Shown piece after piece: positions 1 through 7,958 of a DNA stretch of 64,000 bases. Origin of the DNA: an uncultured virus (IMG/VR IMGVR_UViG_3300027852_000004). Lineage: Duplodnaviria; Heunggongvirae; Uroviricota; Caudoviricetes. Positions within the stretch are counted from its first letter, which is position 1, and every line of letters begins with the position of its first letter. The stretch is taken from IMG/VR virus record IMGVR_UViG_3300027852_000004; one strand, 5' to 3'. The position numbers and the translations under genes are program-made. The notes below the pieces were generated by a model. That model did no database searches, had not been told where the DNA came from, and saw only the letters and a program-made list of their open reading frames with translations.

Positions 1-66
1 CGGGTCTCTATTATCGACCTCATAACCTAGATTCGGTAACTTCGGTACGTAAGATTCGGTATTCAT
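1..66 (-). CDS. 5' part of small early gene running off the window edge
   Basis: ATG at 66 with AGGA RBS, downstream of promoter 100-129; frame stays open to position 1. Confidence 0.45.
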   Translation of the reverse strand, partial: MNTESYVPKLPNLGYEVDNRDP

Positions 67-99
67 TTTTTAGTCCTCTTATTTTGATGTACGTAATTA

Positions 100-129
100 A
101 TTATAATATATTTTCGATGGTACTTTCAA
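100..129 (-). promoter_or_regulatory. sigma70-like early promoter
   Basis: TTGAAA-N18-TATAAT on minus strand. Confidence 0.6.
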
Positions 130-269
130 TGGTCCAAATGCACCCAGGTTGAAAATAATTATATAGACTCGGTCGCTAGGTAACATACTAGGTCGCAGAA
201 GATCTGGTATGTACCAGGTCTTAAGTTTATACAAGGTGATTATAGGGACCTGGTCCTTATATAAACTGT

Positions 270-295
270 ATCAAGTAGCCCGAAGGCTACCTGAT
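270..295 (-). terminator. Hairpin downstream of 304-510 gene
   Basis: GTAGCC-TTCG-GGCTAC stem with UUCG tetraloop on minus strand; no clear U-tract. Confidence 0.5.
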
Positions 296-303
296 CTTTT
301 ATA

Positions 304-510
304 TTACTTGGAATCTACGTACGTAGCGACGCTGTTGATAAATTCGACCATTAACTTGGTGTACATGGCCCAGTATTCAGCATTGTCGTCCACGTCAGTA
401 TCTGGTTCAAGGCCCAGCTCTGTACGTACTAGCATGTTGATCTCGGCGCCAAGATCTTGGTTGTCAGTAAATAGTTGAGCGAAGCGGGCGACTGTTTCAG
501 TATGTGACAT
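304..510 (-). CDS. Hypothetical early protein
   Basis: ORF with GAAAGGA RBS and own promoter. Confidence 0.75.
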   Translation of the reverse strand: MSHTETVARFAQLFTDNQDLGAEINMLVRTELGLEPDTDVDDNAEYWAMYTKLMVEFINSVATYVDSK

Positions 511-623
511 TGTATGTCCTTTCTAGATTGGTTGGTTAGTTAGTTAGTTGGTTAGTAGTTGGTAGTTGGTATTTAGTATTTATTTTTTAGTATGTATTTT
601 ATTTTTTTATTATTATTAAATTT

Positions 624-652
624 ATTATATATTATTTTATTAATACAATCAA
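624..652 (-). promoter_or_regulatory. sigma70-like early promoter
   Basis: TTGATT-N17-TATAAT in very AT-rich DNA. Confidence 0.6.
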
Positions 653-855
653 TATTTATTTTCACCCTGGTTCTAAATTATTTTTGGTCTTCCGGGAACT
701 GGGTCACAAGGTAGGTCGCAACAACTAGGTCAATAGCCCTGGTCACTAGGATCGCCCGATACCCAAGAATGGAGGACCCGGGCCTGAGCTTAGCTGGGTT
801 CCAAGATTGACGGAACTCCAGGTTACGGATCGCTCAGGCCCCAGCTCTGCGGTCT

Positions 856-1044
856 CTAGGACTCAGATTGGTTGCGGATCATATAATTGACCATCGCCAA
901 GCACCCACGGACTTCAGACAAGGTCAGTTCCTTATACTCAGGACTGTCCATGAACCCCTCCAGTAGGTGGTCATTGAGTAGGTCGATCCCTAGAGTGAGG
1001 GGAGGGAGTACCTCCATCAAGGTCATCTTCGGTGTGGTAGTCAT
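856..1044 (-). CDS. Hypothetical early protein
   Basis: ORF with AGGAGA RBS. Confidence 0.7.
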   Translation of the reverse strand: MTTTPKMTLMEVLPPLTLGIDLLNDHLLEGFMDSPEYKELTLSEVRGCLAMVNYMIRNQSES

Positions 1045-1092
1045 TGGTCTTCTCCTATATGTGTATATGGTATGTATGTGTCGACGTGGCGC

Positions 1093-1275
1093 TTACCCAC
1101 CTGACGCCTGTATGAAATGATTTACTAAGTCATCGAATAGTACTTCCATCTGGGCTGGTGTGATGTCGTGTAGTTGTGTTGGGTCAGGTCCACAATAGAC
1201 TTCTTTGTGTTCCTTGGCGTATGTGTCAAGTGTCTTCGCCATTCGTACTACTTCATTTAATTTGGAGAGTTTCAT
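1093..1275 (-). CDS. Hypothetical early protein
   Basis: ORF; ATG 1275 preferred (AAGGA RBS). Confidence 0.65.
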   Translation of the reverse strand: MKLSKLNEVVRMAKTLDTYAKEHKEVYCGPDPTQLHDITPAQMEVLFDDLVNHFIQASGG

Positions 1276-1353
1276 TTTGTGTTCCTTTATATGTTGATGT
1301 ATGTCAGTAATCGTTACAGACAACTAGTCATACTAGGTATCTACTCTATATGT

Positions 1354-1386
1354 GTAAGTAGGTGATCTTTACGATCACCTACTTAC
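1354..1386 (-). terminator. Perfect 14-bp hairpin after HTH gene
   Basis: GTAAGTAGGTGATC-tttac-GATCACCTACTTAC; no U-tract seen. Confidence 0.55.
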
Positions 1387-1391
1387 TTACT

Positions 1392-1616
1392 TTACTTAGT
1401 CGCAGCTTTCTTTTTCAGTTCATCGTTAGCTATTACGTTATACACGAACTGATAGATTATATTCATAAATTTAGCTATCTCACCTTTCTTGTAACCTTCA
1501 GAATATAACCTTCTAATCATCGCCGATTTAGATTTAGTCTCTAATATTAACTCGTCGTAGGTATATTTATCTGTTAGAGTAGTTTGTGTAGTATTTTCAT
1601 TTTTAGAAGTAGACAT
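1392..1616 (-). CDS. Small HTH-type DNA-binding protein, paralog of 63460-63705
   Basis: KSAMIRRLYSEGYKKGEIAKFMNIIYQFVYNV; GAAAGGA RBS. Confidence 0.75.
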   Translation of the reverse strand: MSTSKNENTTQTTLTDKYTYDELILETKSKSAMIRRLYSEGYKKGEIAKFMNIIYQFVYNVIANDELKKKAATK

Positions 1617-1974
1617 GTTGTATCCTTTCAAGATACGAGTTAACCGTAAAATATTATTATCTTACGATGTATTTATAAGATAAGATTTATTTTTTTATTT
1701 ATTTTTTTATTTTTATCTTATAATTTAATATAATATAATTAATTTTATTTTTCAACTTTAATTTATTATCTTATAGTGCTAGAGGGGACGTACAAAATTT
1801 TTCAGATTCGCCTCTAAAGACCAACATGCATATTCTTAAAATCGTAATGGTGTTAGGTTAGGTTTAGGTTTAGAGTTAGTGTACTCTAGAGTCTTAGTCG
1901 TATGTACTCGAGGAGGTTAAGTCGGGTAGAGTCTACCATCCACCGCGCAAATCCAAAACAGTTGTAATACCCCC

Positions 1975-2003
1975 TTGAAATGCTTTTAAAAACACTATAG
2001 TAT
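1975..2003 (+). promoter_or_regulatory. Promoter of packaging operon
   Basis: TTGAAA-N17-TAGTAT upstream of terS. Confidence 0.5.
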
Positions 2004-2027
2004 AGAGATATAGGTCAGGAGATTCCC

Positions 2028-2933
2028 ATGAATGCCAACGCACAACAAGATTACTTTGAGCTGCCTTATTCCAAACCTTCCGAAATTGCTAAGGTATCCC
2101 TATCTCCACGTATGGAAGTCTTTAAGATCCTAAGGGATGATATTCCCAAGAATGATTATGATCTACCTCAATATCTCTACACACCCACATACATAAGTGA
2201 GGACTTCTTTGAGCAAACCCATCAAGATCAAGTAGAGATCCTGAATCATGCCATGATCGAAATCACATACGATGAAGGTTTTCCAGCATTTGCAGATGGC
2301 TCAACTATCTGGTCACAGATGGAATCTGAGCCCGCAATGATGTATGACGCCTTTCAAGAATACCTTCAGCAGATCACCACGTTCCCTATCAGACAGATTG
2401 CAGCGATAGAAACGTCAAAGCTCTCGTTACATGATCTTCAACAGGGATACCTCTACTACTCCTGGTCGGCCCGCTCAAAGGCGTTTGACATGTTCAATAT
2501 TGCCGCCCATTCTAAGATGCGTGAGCGTAGGATTCTCAGCTCTAATGAGCAGTCTTTCCTTAAAGCTGAACAGTTGTTTAAAGGTTTGGATGTATACTAT
2601 CAGCTGCCAGGTGATGAAGACCCAAATAACTTAAGGTGGATTGAGGAATTAACGCCTGCCGTAGCTATCAAGTATATGGAGGTTCTCAATAAGATCCAAC
2701 GTATTAGTCTGGGACTGCCCGTTGGAGGTGGTGAGAACTTGAAGAAGGAGGGTCCTGAGAATGCTGATACTGACGTCTTGATGAAAACATTGGTAGCCGC
2801 GGGACGTAATTCACTATTGAGTGGGGGTACTGAGTCTAAGATCTCCATTGATATGCTTTTGAATGATCCTGAGACTGCGGAAATTGCCCAACGACTGATT
2901 ATTCAAGCTAGGGAAACTCCTAATGAGTCCTAA
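2028..2933 (+). CDS. terS: Probable terminase small subunit
   Basis: Directly upstream of and overlapping terL; YDAFQEY...YSWSARSKAFD pattern. Confidence 0.6.
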   Translation: MNANAQQDYFELPYSKPSEIAKVSLSPRMEVFKILRDDIPKNDYDLPQYLYTPTYISEDFFEQTHQDQVEILNHAMIEITYDEGFPAFADGSTIWSQMESEPAMMYDAFQEYLQQITTFPIRQIAAIETSKLSLHDLQQGYLYYSWSARSKAFDMFNIAAHSKMRERRILSSNEQSFLKAEQLFKGLDVYYQLPGDEDPNNLRWIEELTPAVAIKYMEVLNKIQRISLGLPVGGGENLKKEGPENADTDVLMKTLVAAGRNSLLSGGTESKISIDMLLNDPETAEIAQRLIIQARETPNES

Positions 2934-4587
2934 TCTTAGTCAATATCATTTACATGGTAAGAAATTACCTAAACCTGATCTGTCAAGTTCATTCACTAAT
3001 AAAACTGCGTCAGTTGATGATTTGGTTAATAACTTCAGATTGACTCCTGCAACACTCTATACAAGATTAGATCCCCAATGGATTCCCAAAGAGTTTCTAT
3101 TGTATGCATCTATGGAGATTGCCAAGTGTATTGCAAAACCTGGAGGACGTTTAATTATCTCCTGGCCTCCACGTCATGGTAAGTCGCGATTAGCTACGAT
3201 CGCAACACCTATCTGGTGTCTTGAGAATTTCCCTCACAAGAATATCATTCTAGCTACGTATGGTTCTGATCTATCAACTGACTTTGGACGTGAAGTTCGT
3301 GATATCATGAACCGTAATCACCACATTCTTAAAGAACGTATCCGTGCAGATGTTAAGTCTGTAGGACGTTTTATGACTACCAAAGGTGGAGGCATGCTGA
3401 ATGTAGGTCTCGGAGGAGGTATCACTGGTAAGGGTGCCGACGTGATGCTTATCGATGACTATATTAAGACGATGGAAGAAGCTCGTAATATGAAGACCCA
3501 TGAGAAGCATTGGGAGTGGTTTACTGGTACTGCATATCATAGACTTGAACCTGGGGCATCCTTGATCATCATTGCTACAAGATGGCATACTCAAGACCTT
3601 ATTGGACGGATTAAACGTGAGTTCCCCGAATGGAAACATATTGAGTTCACTGCAACTGCAGAGAAAGATGACGTTTTAAATCGTGAAATAGGTGAACCAT
3701 TGTTTCCCGAGCGTTATGATGTTCCTGCATTACGTGATATTAAGCGTGTTATCGGAACATTCTACTATAATGCCATTTATCAGCAACGTCCAGTAGATGA
3801 TGACAATCAGCTAACAGATCGTACCTGGATTGATATTGTTGATATTGTACCCACACATAATCGTCTTAAATACGCACGTATCTGGGATTTTGCTGGAACT
3901 AAGGGTGGTGGTGATTATACGGTGTCAGGCTTGATTGCTGTTGATATGAAAACACGTCATTGTTATATCATTGATATGTTTCGCCGTCAAGTATCCCCAC
4001 ACACAATTGAGGCTAACGTAGCCCTGAAAGCTGAGACTGATGGTACGGATGTCGAAGTTATTCTTGAGCAGGAACCTGGGGCTTCAGGTAAACAGGTATA
4101 TGAACACTATCGCGATAATGTGTTACCGGATTATAAGGTAACAGGCTCACCTACTACTACTTCCAAAGTAATTAGGGCACAACCATTCCTAGCCGCGGCA
4201 GAATCCGGTAAGGTTCACATCCTCAATCGGTCATGGAATAAGGAATTTTTAGATGAGTTTGAAGACTTTCCTGACGGAATAAATGATGATCAGATAGATG
4301 TCTGCTCAATCGGTTATAATACGTTGCTGGGTGATAAGGCAGTATCTGCTACTTGGGGACGTAGGAAGAAGGCTTTAGCGAATAAAGATGTCCAAGAAAA
4401 GGGTAAAAGTCACCATTCTAAGGCTATTCAGGGGTCTACATGGGGTAGACGTCGTAGTGGTCAAGGAATTACACGCGTTCCAGGGCTAAATTCACCTGAA
4501 ATTGCTAAATATGTGCGTCCTTCACAGATGAATGCTCATCCTGAAGTTGAGGACGCTATCATTATAGAGGATAATGAAAATGACTGA
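2923..4587 (+). CDS. terL: Terminase large subunit
   Basis: PPRHGKS Walker A, LIDD Walker B, ATRWH, WDFA and DDQID nuclease motifs. Confidence 0.95.
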   Translation: MSPNLSQYHLHGKKLPKPDLSSSFTNKTASVDDLVNNFRLTPATLYTRLDPQWIPKEFLLYASMEIAKCIAKPGGRLIISWPPRHGKSRLATIATPIWCLENFPHKNIILATYGSDLSTDFGREVRDIMNRNHHILKERIRADVKSVGRFMTTKGGGMLNVGLGGGITGKGADVMLIDDYIKTMEEARNMKTHEKHWEWFTGTAYHRLEPGASLIIIATRWHTQDLIGRIKREFPEWKHIEFTATAEKDDVLNREIGEPLFPERYDVPALRDIKRVIGTFYYNAIYQQRPVDDDNQLTDRTWIDIVDIVPTHNRLKYARIWDFAGTKGGGDYTVSGLIAVDMKTRHCYIIDMFRRQVSPHTIEANVALKAETDGTDVEVILEQEPGASGKQVYEHYRDNVLPDYKVTGSPTTTSKVIRAQPFLAAAESGKVHILNRSWNKEFLDEFEDFPDGINDDQIDVCSIGYNTLLGDKAVSATWGRRKKALANKDVQEKGKSHHSKAIQGSTWGRRRSGQGITRVPGLNSPEIAKYVRPSQMNAHPEVEDAIIIEDNEND

Positions 4588-5923
4588 TCAAGCTGACTTA
4601 CTCGCACGTTTAAGGGCTTTTAACGGCCTTTTAGGTACAACATTTAGCGGAAATCGGGATGTTTATGCTGCATTTGGCTATGAATTTCGCGTAACGTATA
4701 AAATGGCCCTTAATAGATGGAAACGTCAGGATATTGCATCACGTGTTGTGGATTCTGAGCCTCGTGCAATCTGGTCCCTCCCCCCAGTACCCGAAGGTGA
4801 TGAAGTGTTTGCGGAAAAGTGGTCGGATTTAATTGCACGCCACAGCCTGCACTTACGTATGGAGCAACTTGATCGCATGATTGGTCTAGGTGAGTTCGGC
4901 GTATTAGTAATCGGGCTCAGTGATGGACTGAATTTAAAAGAGCCAGCTCAATTTGAAAATGGTTTAAGTGTAACTTTCCTACGTGCACATGGTGCAGGAA
5001 ACGTTACCATTACAAAATATGAGGAGAATGTTCTTTCTGAACGTTTTGGTATGCCTACAATGTATGAGATCAATGTTGGTGGGGAGGATCTCGGAAATGT
5101 TACACGCGCTCAGGGAATTTCTAAAACTTACGAAGTGCATCATTCACGTATTTTGCATGTAGCTGAGAATACTTTGGATAATGATCTTTTTGGATCTCCC
5201 CGTATTGCACGTGTTTACAACTTGCTACAGGATATTGAGAAGATTGCCGGAGGCTCGGCTGAAACTTTCTGGATGACAGCTAATCGTGGTATGCAGCTGG
5301 ATGTTGATAAGGATATGACGCTTACTGAGGAAGATGCTGAGGCCCTGTCTGATGAAGTTGATGAGTATATTCATGGCATGCGTAGATTTATGCGTACAAA
5401 AGGTGTAGAGATAAATACATTGGGTTCCGATATGGCTGATCCGCGAGGTGTATTTGGGGTATTAACTGCACTACTAGCTGGAGCGACTGGTATTCCTCAA
5501 CGCATTTTGCTTGGATCTGAAGCTGGGCAATTGGCGTCAGCGCAGGACAGGGCTAATTGGGCATCCCGTGTCGAATCTAGACGCTCAACATTCGTTGAAC
5601 CGATTATGTTAAATCCTCTCGTTAAGAAACTTGTAGGTCTAGGTGTGCTACCTGCACCTACTGCCCTCTCTTGGGTCTGGCCTGAAGCATTCCGTCAATC
5701 ACCTCTAGAACGTTCCATGACATCAGCTCAGCAGGCTAGATCTCTGGCAAATGTAAGTAAGGCGTTGTCGTCTGAAGTTCCAGTCGTTTCATTAGAGGAG
5801 GGGCGTCAGATTATTGAATCTGCGGGATCAATTCCAATGTTCAATGAGGTAGCTGATACTATGCCCACAGATACGCCAGCTACTGTAACCGACGAAACCA
5901 TAATTGAGGAGGAGATTGTATAA
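4574..5923 (+). CDS. Portal protein (DUF1073-like)
   Basis: Follows terL; ATGIPQRILLGSEAGQLASAQD motif. Confidence 0.88.
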   Translation: MKMTDQADLLARLRAFNGLLGTTFSGNRDVYAAFGYEFRVTYKMALNRWKRQDIASRVVDSEPRAIWSLPPVPEGDEVFAEKWSDLIARHSLHLRMEQLDRMIGLGEFGVLVIGLSDGLNLKEPAQFENGLSVTFLRAHGAGNVTITKYEENVLSERFGMPTMYEINVGGEDLGNVTRAQGISKTYEVHHSRILHVAENTLDNDLFGSPRIARVYNLLQDIEKIAGGSAETFWMTANRGMQLDVDKDMTLTEEDAEALSDEVDEYIHGMRRFMRTKGVEINTLGSDMADPRGVFGVLTALLAGATGIPQRILLGSEAGQLASAQDRANWASRVESRRSTFVEPIMLNPLVKKLVGLGVLPAPTALSWVWPEAFRQSPLERSMTSAQQARSLANVSKALSSEVPVVSLEEGRQIIESAGSIPMFNEVADTMPTDTPATVTDETIIEEEIV

Positions 5924-6171
5924 TGATACGTCCTGATCTTATAGGTCACTTTATTGCAGGCCTAATTATATCAGCAATAGTTACTCTAATATTGCCCGAT
6001 ATCTTTTACGATATACATGATACAGCTTGGGGTGTCATTGCAGCTAGTCTGGTAGGGGCACTTAAGGAAGTTCGTGATGCCTTAGGTAGGGGTATCGTAG
6101 ATGTCTCAGACTGGCTAGCAACCACTTTAGGCGGAATTACAATACTAATAGTCAACAATTTAATCAGTTAA
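5923..6171 (+). CDS. Small membrane protein (VanZ-like pattern)
   Basis: HFIAG...KEVRD...DWLATTLGG with three hydrophobic segments. Confidence 0.65.
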   Translation: MIRPDLIGHFIAGLIISAIVTLILPDIFYDIHDTAWGVIAASLVGALKEVRDALGRGIVDVSDWLATTLGGITILIVNNLIS

Positions 6172-6175
6172 CCAG

Positions 6176-6204
6176 TTGATACTTCCCCTTGAAGTCACTA
6201 TAAT
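6176..6204 (+). promoter_or_regulatory. sigma70-like promoter of the fibre cassette
   Basis: TTGATA-N17-TATAAT, preceded by TTAACCAG. Confidence 0.7.
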
Positions 6205-6249
6205 ATTAGTAAGGACCCATCGAATTTAACCCACTAGTTGGAGCAAGCC

Positions 6250-6633
6250 ATGTCATCTTTCACGGACTACCTCGAAGATAAAGTTCTTGATTTCGTATTT
6301 CGTAATCAAACATTTACAGCCATCACTACGGTCTATATGGCACTGTTCACAGTCACCCCCAGTGATGCTGGTGGAGGTACTGAGGTTGCAACGGGCGGAT
6401 ATGCACGTCAAGCAATCACATTTGGGGCAAGCTCCGGTGGGGCGATTGCAAACACTGGTCTCGTCTCATTCACTGCTTCAGGGGGTAACTATGGTGATGT
6501 TCTCGCAGGCGCAATCTTTGATGCTAGCACTGTAGGTAATATGTTGGCATGGGATGGCTTCACAACTGTAACCATCAATGATGGCGATACACTTGAGTTC
6601 GCAATCGGCGATATCGATGTTACTCTGACCTAA
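6250..6633 (+). CDS. Small beta-rich virion fibre subunit
   Basis: YMALFT..P...GTEV..GGYARQAITF motif recurrent in phage fibre clusters; GGAG RBS before ATG 6250. Confidence 0.7.
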   Translation: MSSFTDYLEDKVLDFVFRNQTFTAITTVYMALFTVTPSDAGGGTEVATGGYARQAITFGASSGGAIANTGLVSFTASGGNYGDVLAGAIFDASTVGNMLAWDGFTTVTINDGDTLEFAIGDIDVTLT

Positions 6634-6959
6634 TGCCATCCTCGGTCTCCGAGTACCGCTTATGCTTTAACACGTATAAGTTATGGTTAGGGGATCTAAG
6701 TGTCATGCTGACATCAAAAGAAGGCAATATTCTAAAATGTTTAATGCGGCATCCCGAGTTCATCAAAACACGTAATCAAATAATTGATGCAGCTTGGGGT
6801 GAGGCAGCTAATCCAAACGATAGGTGCGTTGATAGTTGCATCAAACGAATTAGACGTAAGTGTGAGAAGAAATTCGGATCGTTTGAATGTATAGAAGCAT
6901 GTAAAGGGATCGGATACGTCTTCAGAGGTGATGTAAAGATTATCGAAAGGGAATTATAA
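6633..6959 (+). CDS. Stand-alone OmpR/PhoB-type winged-helix DNA-binding domain, ChvI-like
   Basis: LTSKE..IL..LMRHP...KTRNQIIDAAW...DRCVDSCIKRIRRK...IE...GIGY; no receiver domain. Confidence 0.85.
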   Translation: MPSSVSEYRLCFNTYKLWLGDLSVMLTSKEGNILKCLMRHPEFIKTRNQIIDAAWGEAANPNDRCVDSCIKRIRRKCEKKFGSFECIEACKGIGYVFRGDVKIIEREL

Positions 6960-6960
6960 C

Positions 6961-7377
6961 ATGAATTATGCTACACTAACCGCGGAACTGGCTCAGGCGC
7001 ATCCTGTATCAGGCGCATATGATGTAGACGCCCAGCTTGCAGCGGATCAAATGAACGCACTGGATATTAGCCGCATTAAATCAAGTATGACAGGTGCTGA
7101 AATATGGGCAGCGACTGATGCAGGGCAATATACTCTACTATCCGACACCAAAAAGTCACAATGGTTGGCATTTTGTGCAATTAACGAACACAATCCTGAA
7201 GTTGATGGGTTGGCACAACTGTTCGTAGTTGATGTGTTCACATCCGGCGCAACTGTTTCCAATCTTAACACCTTACGTTCTGAAACGATCAGTCGCGCCA
7301 CTGAGATCGCAAATGAACTTCAGTATTCAGGCTTGATCACATCCAGCCACGTCAAAAAAGCACGAGGTGAAATCTAA
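6961..7377 (+). CDS. Hypothetical protein of fibre cassette
   Basis: Tightly packed ORF in operon. Confidence 0.7.
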   Translation: MNYATLTAELAQAHPVSGAYDVDAQLAADQMNALDISRIKSSMTGAEIWAATDAGQYTLLSDTKKSQWLAFCAINEHNPEVDGLAQLFVVDVFTSGATVSNLNTLRSETISRATEIANELQYSGLITSSHVKKARGEI

Positions 7378-7949
7378 TGGCGAACGAAACCACACTCCTA
7401 ATTAATGGAACTCAATTGATGTTCCGTGATGTAACTGACTTTCCAACTGCGGGTGCAGGTCCTCCCACGACTGCAGCAAACAGTATCATCATTGGCACAC
7501 CTACAGGTGTTCAGATGGATCTGACTAGTTTGGCTGCATCTGGGGGGTCGCGAGAGTCTACAAAGACAGCTGATCTTGGGGCTGCACGTGCGCCTTGGTA
7601 TCGAGTTGATGCATGTCTTGAACATGCCGCTACCCCTGTAGATGGTGAGACAGTCGATTTCTACTGGGGCGGTTCTCCCTCGGCAACGGCCGCAACGGGT
7701 AACCCCGGATCATTGACTGGTACCGATGCCGACGTAACTGAAACAGATGGCTTGCTGGGTCAATTGCAATACGTTGGCTCCCTTATTTTACGTGCAGCAA
7801 CGATCAACATCGGCCATGTGGGCATCATTATCCCCGATCACAGATACGGTATTCTTGTGATCGAGAATAACTCGACTGCATCTATGCACACCGCCATGGA
7901 TGAGACCCACATTACCATGACGCCAATGACCCACGGGCCAGCCGCATAA
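7377..7949 (+). CDS. Beta-rich hypothetical structural protein
   Basis: Translationally coupled (TAATG); GAGG RBS; Thr/Gly/Ala-rich. Confidence 0.7.
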   Translation: MANETTLLINGTQLMFRDVTDFPTAGAGPPTTAANSIIIGTPTGVQMDLTSLAASGGSRESTKTADLGAARAPWYRVDACLEHAATPVDGETVDFYWGGSPSATAATGNPGSLTGTDADVTETDGLLGQLQYVGSLILRAATINIGHVGIIIPDHRYGILVIENNSTASMHTAMDETHITMTPMTHGPAA

Positions 7950-7958
7950 GGGGGCATC

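Noticed and set aside
4574..5923. Anti-CBASS Acb1 label sometimes attached to DUF1073 proteins
   Set aside because: Size and position after terL indicate portal
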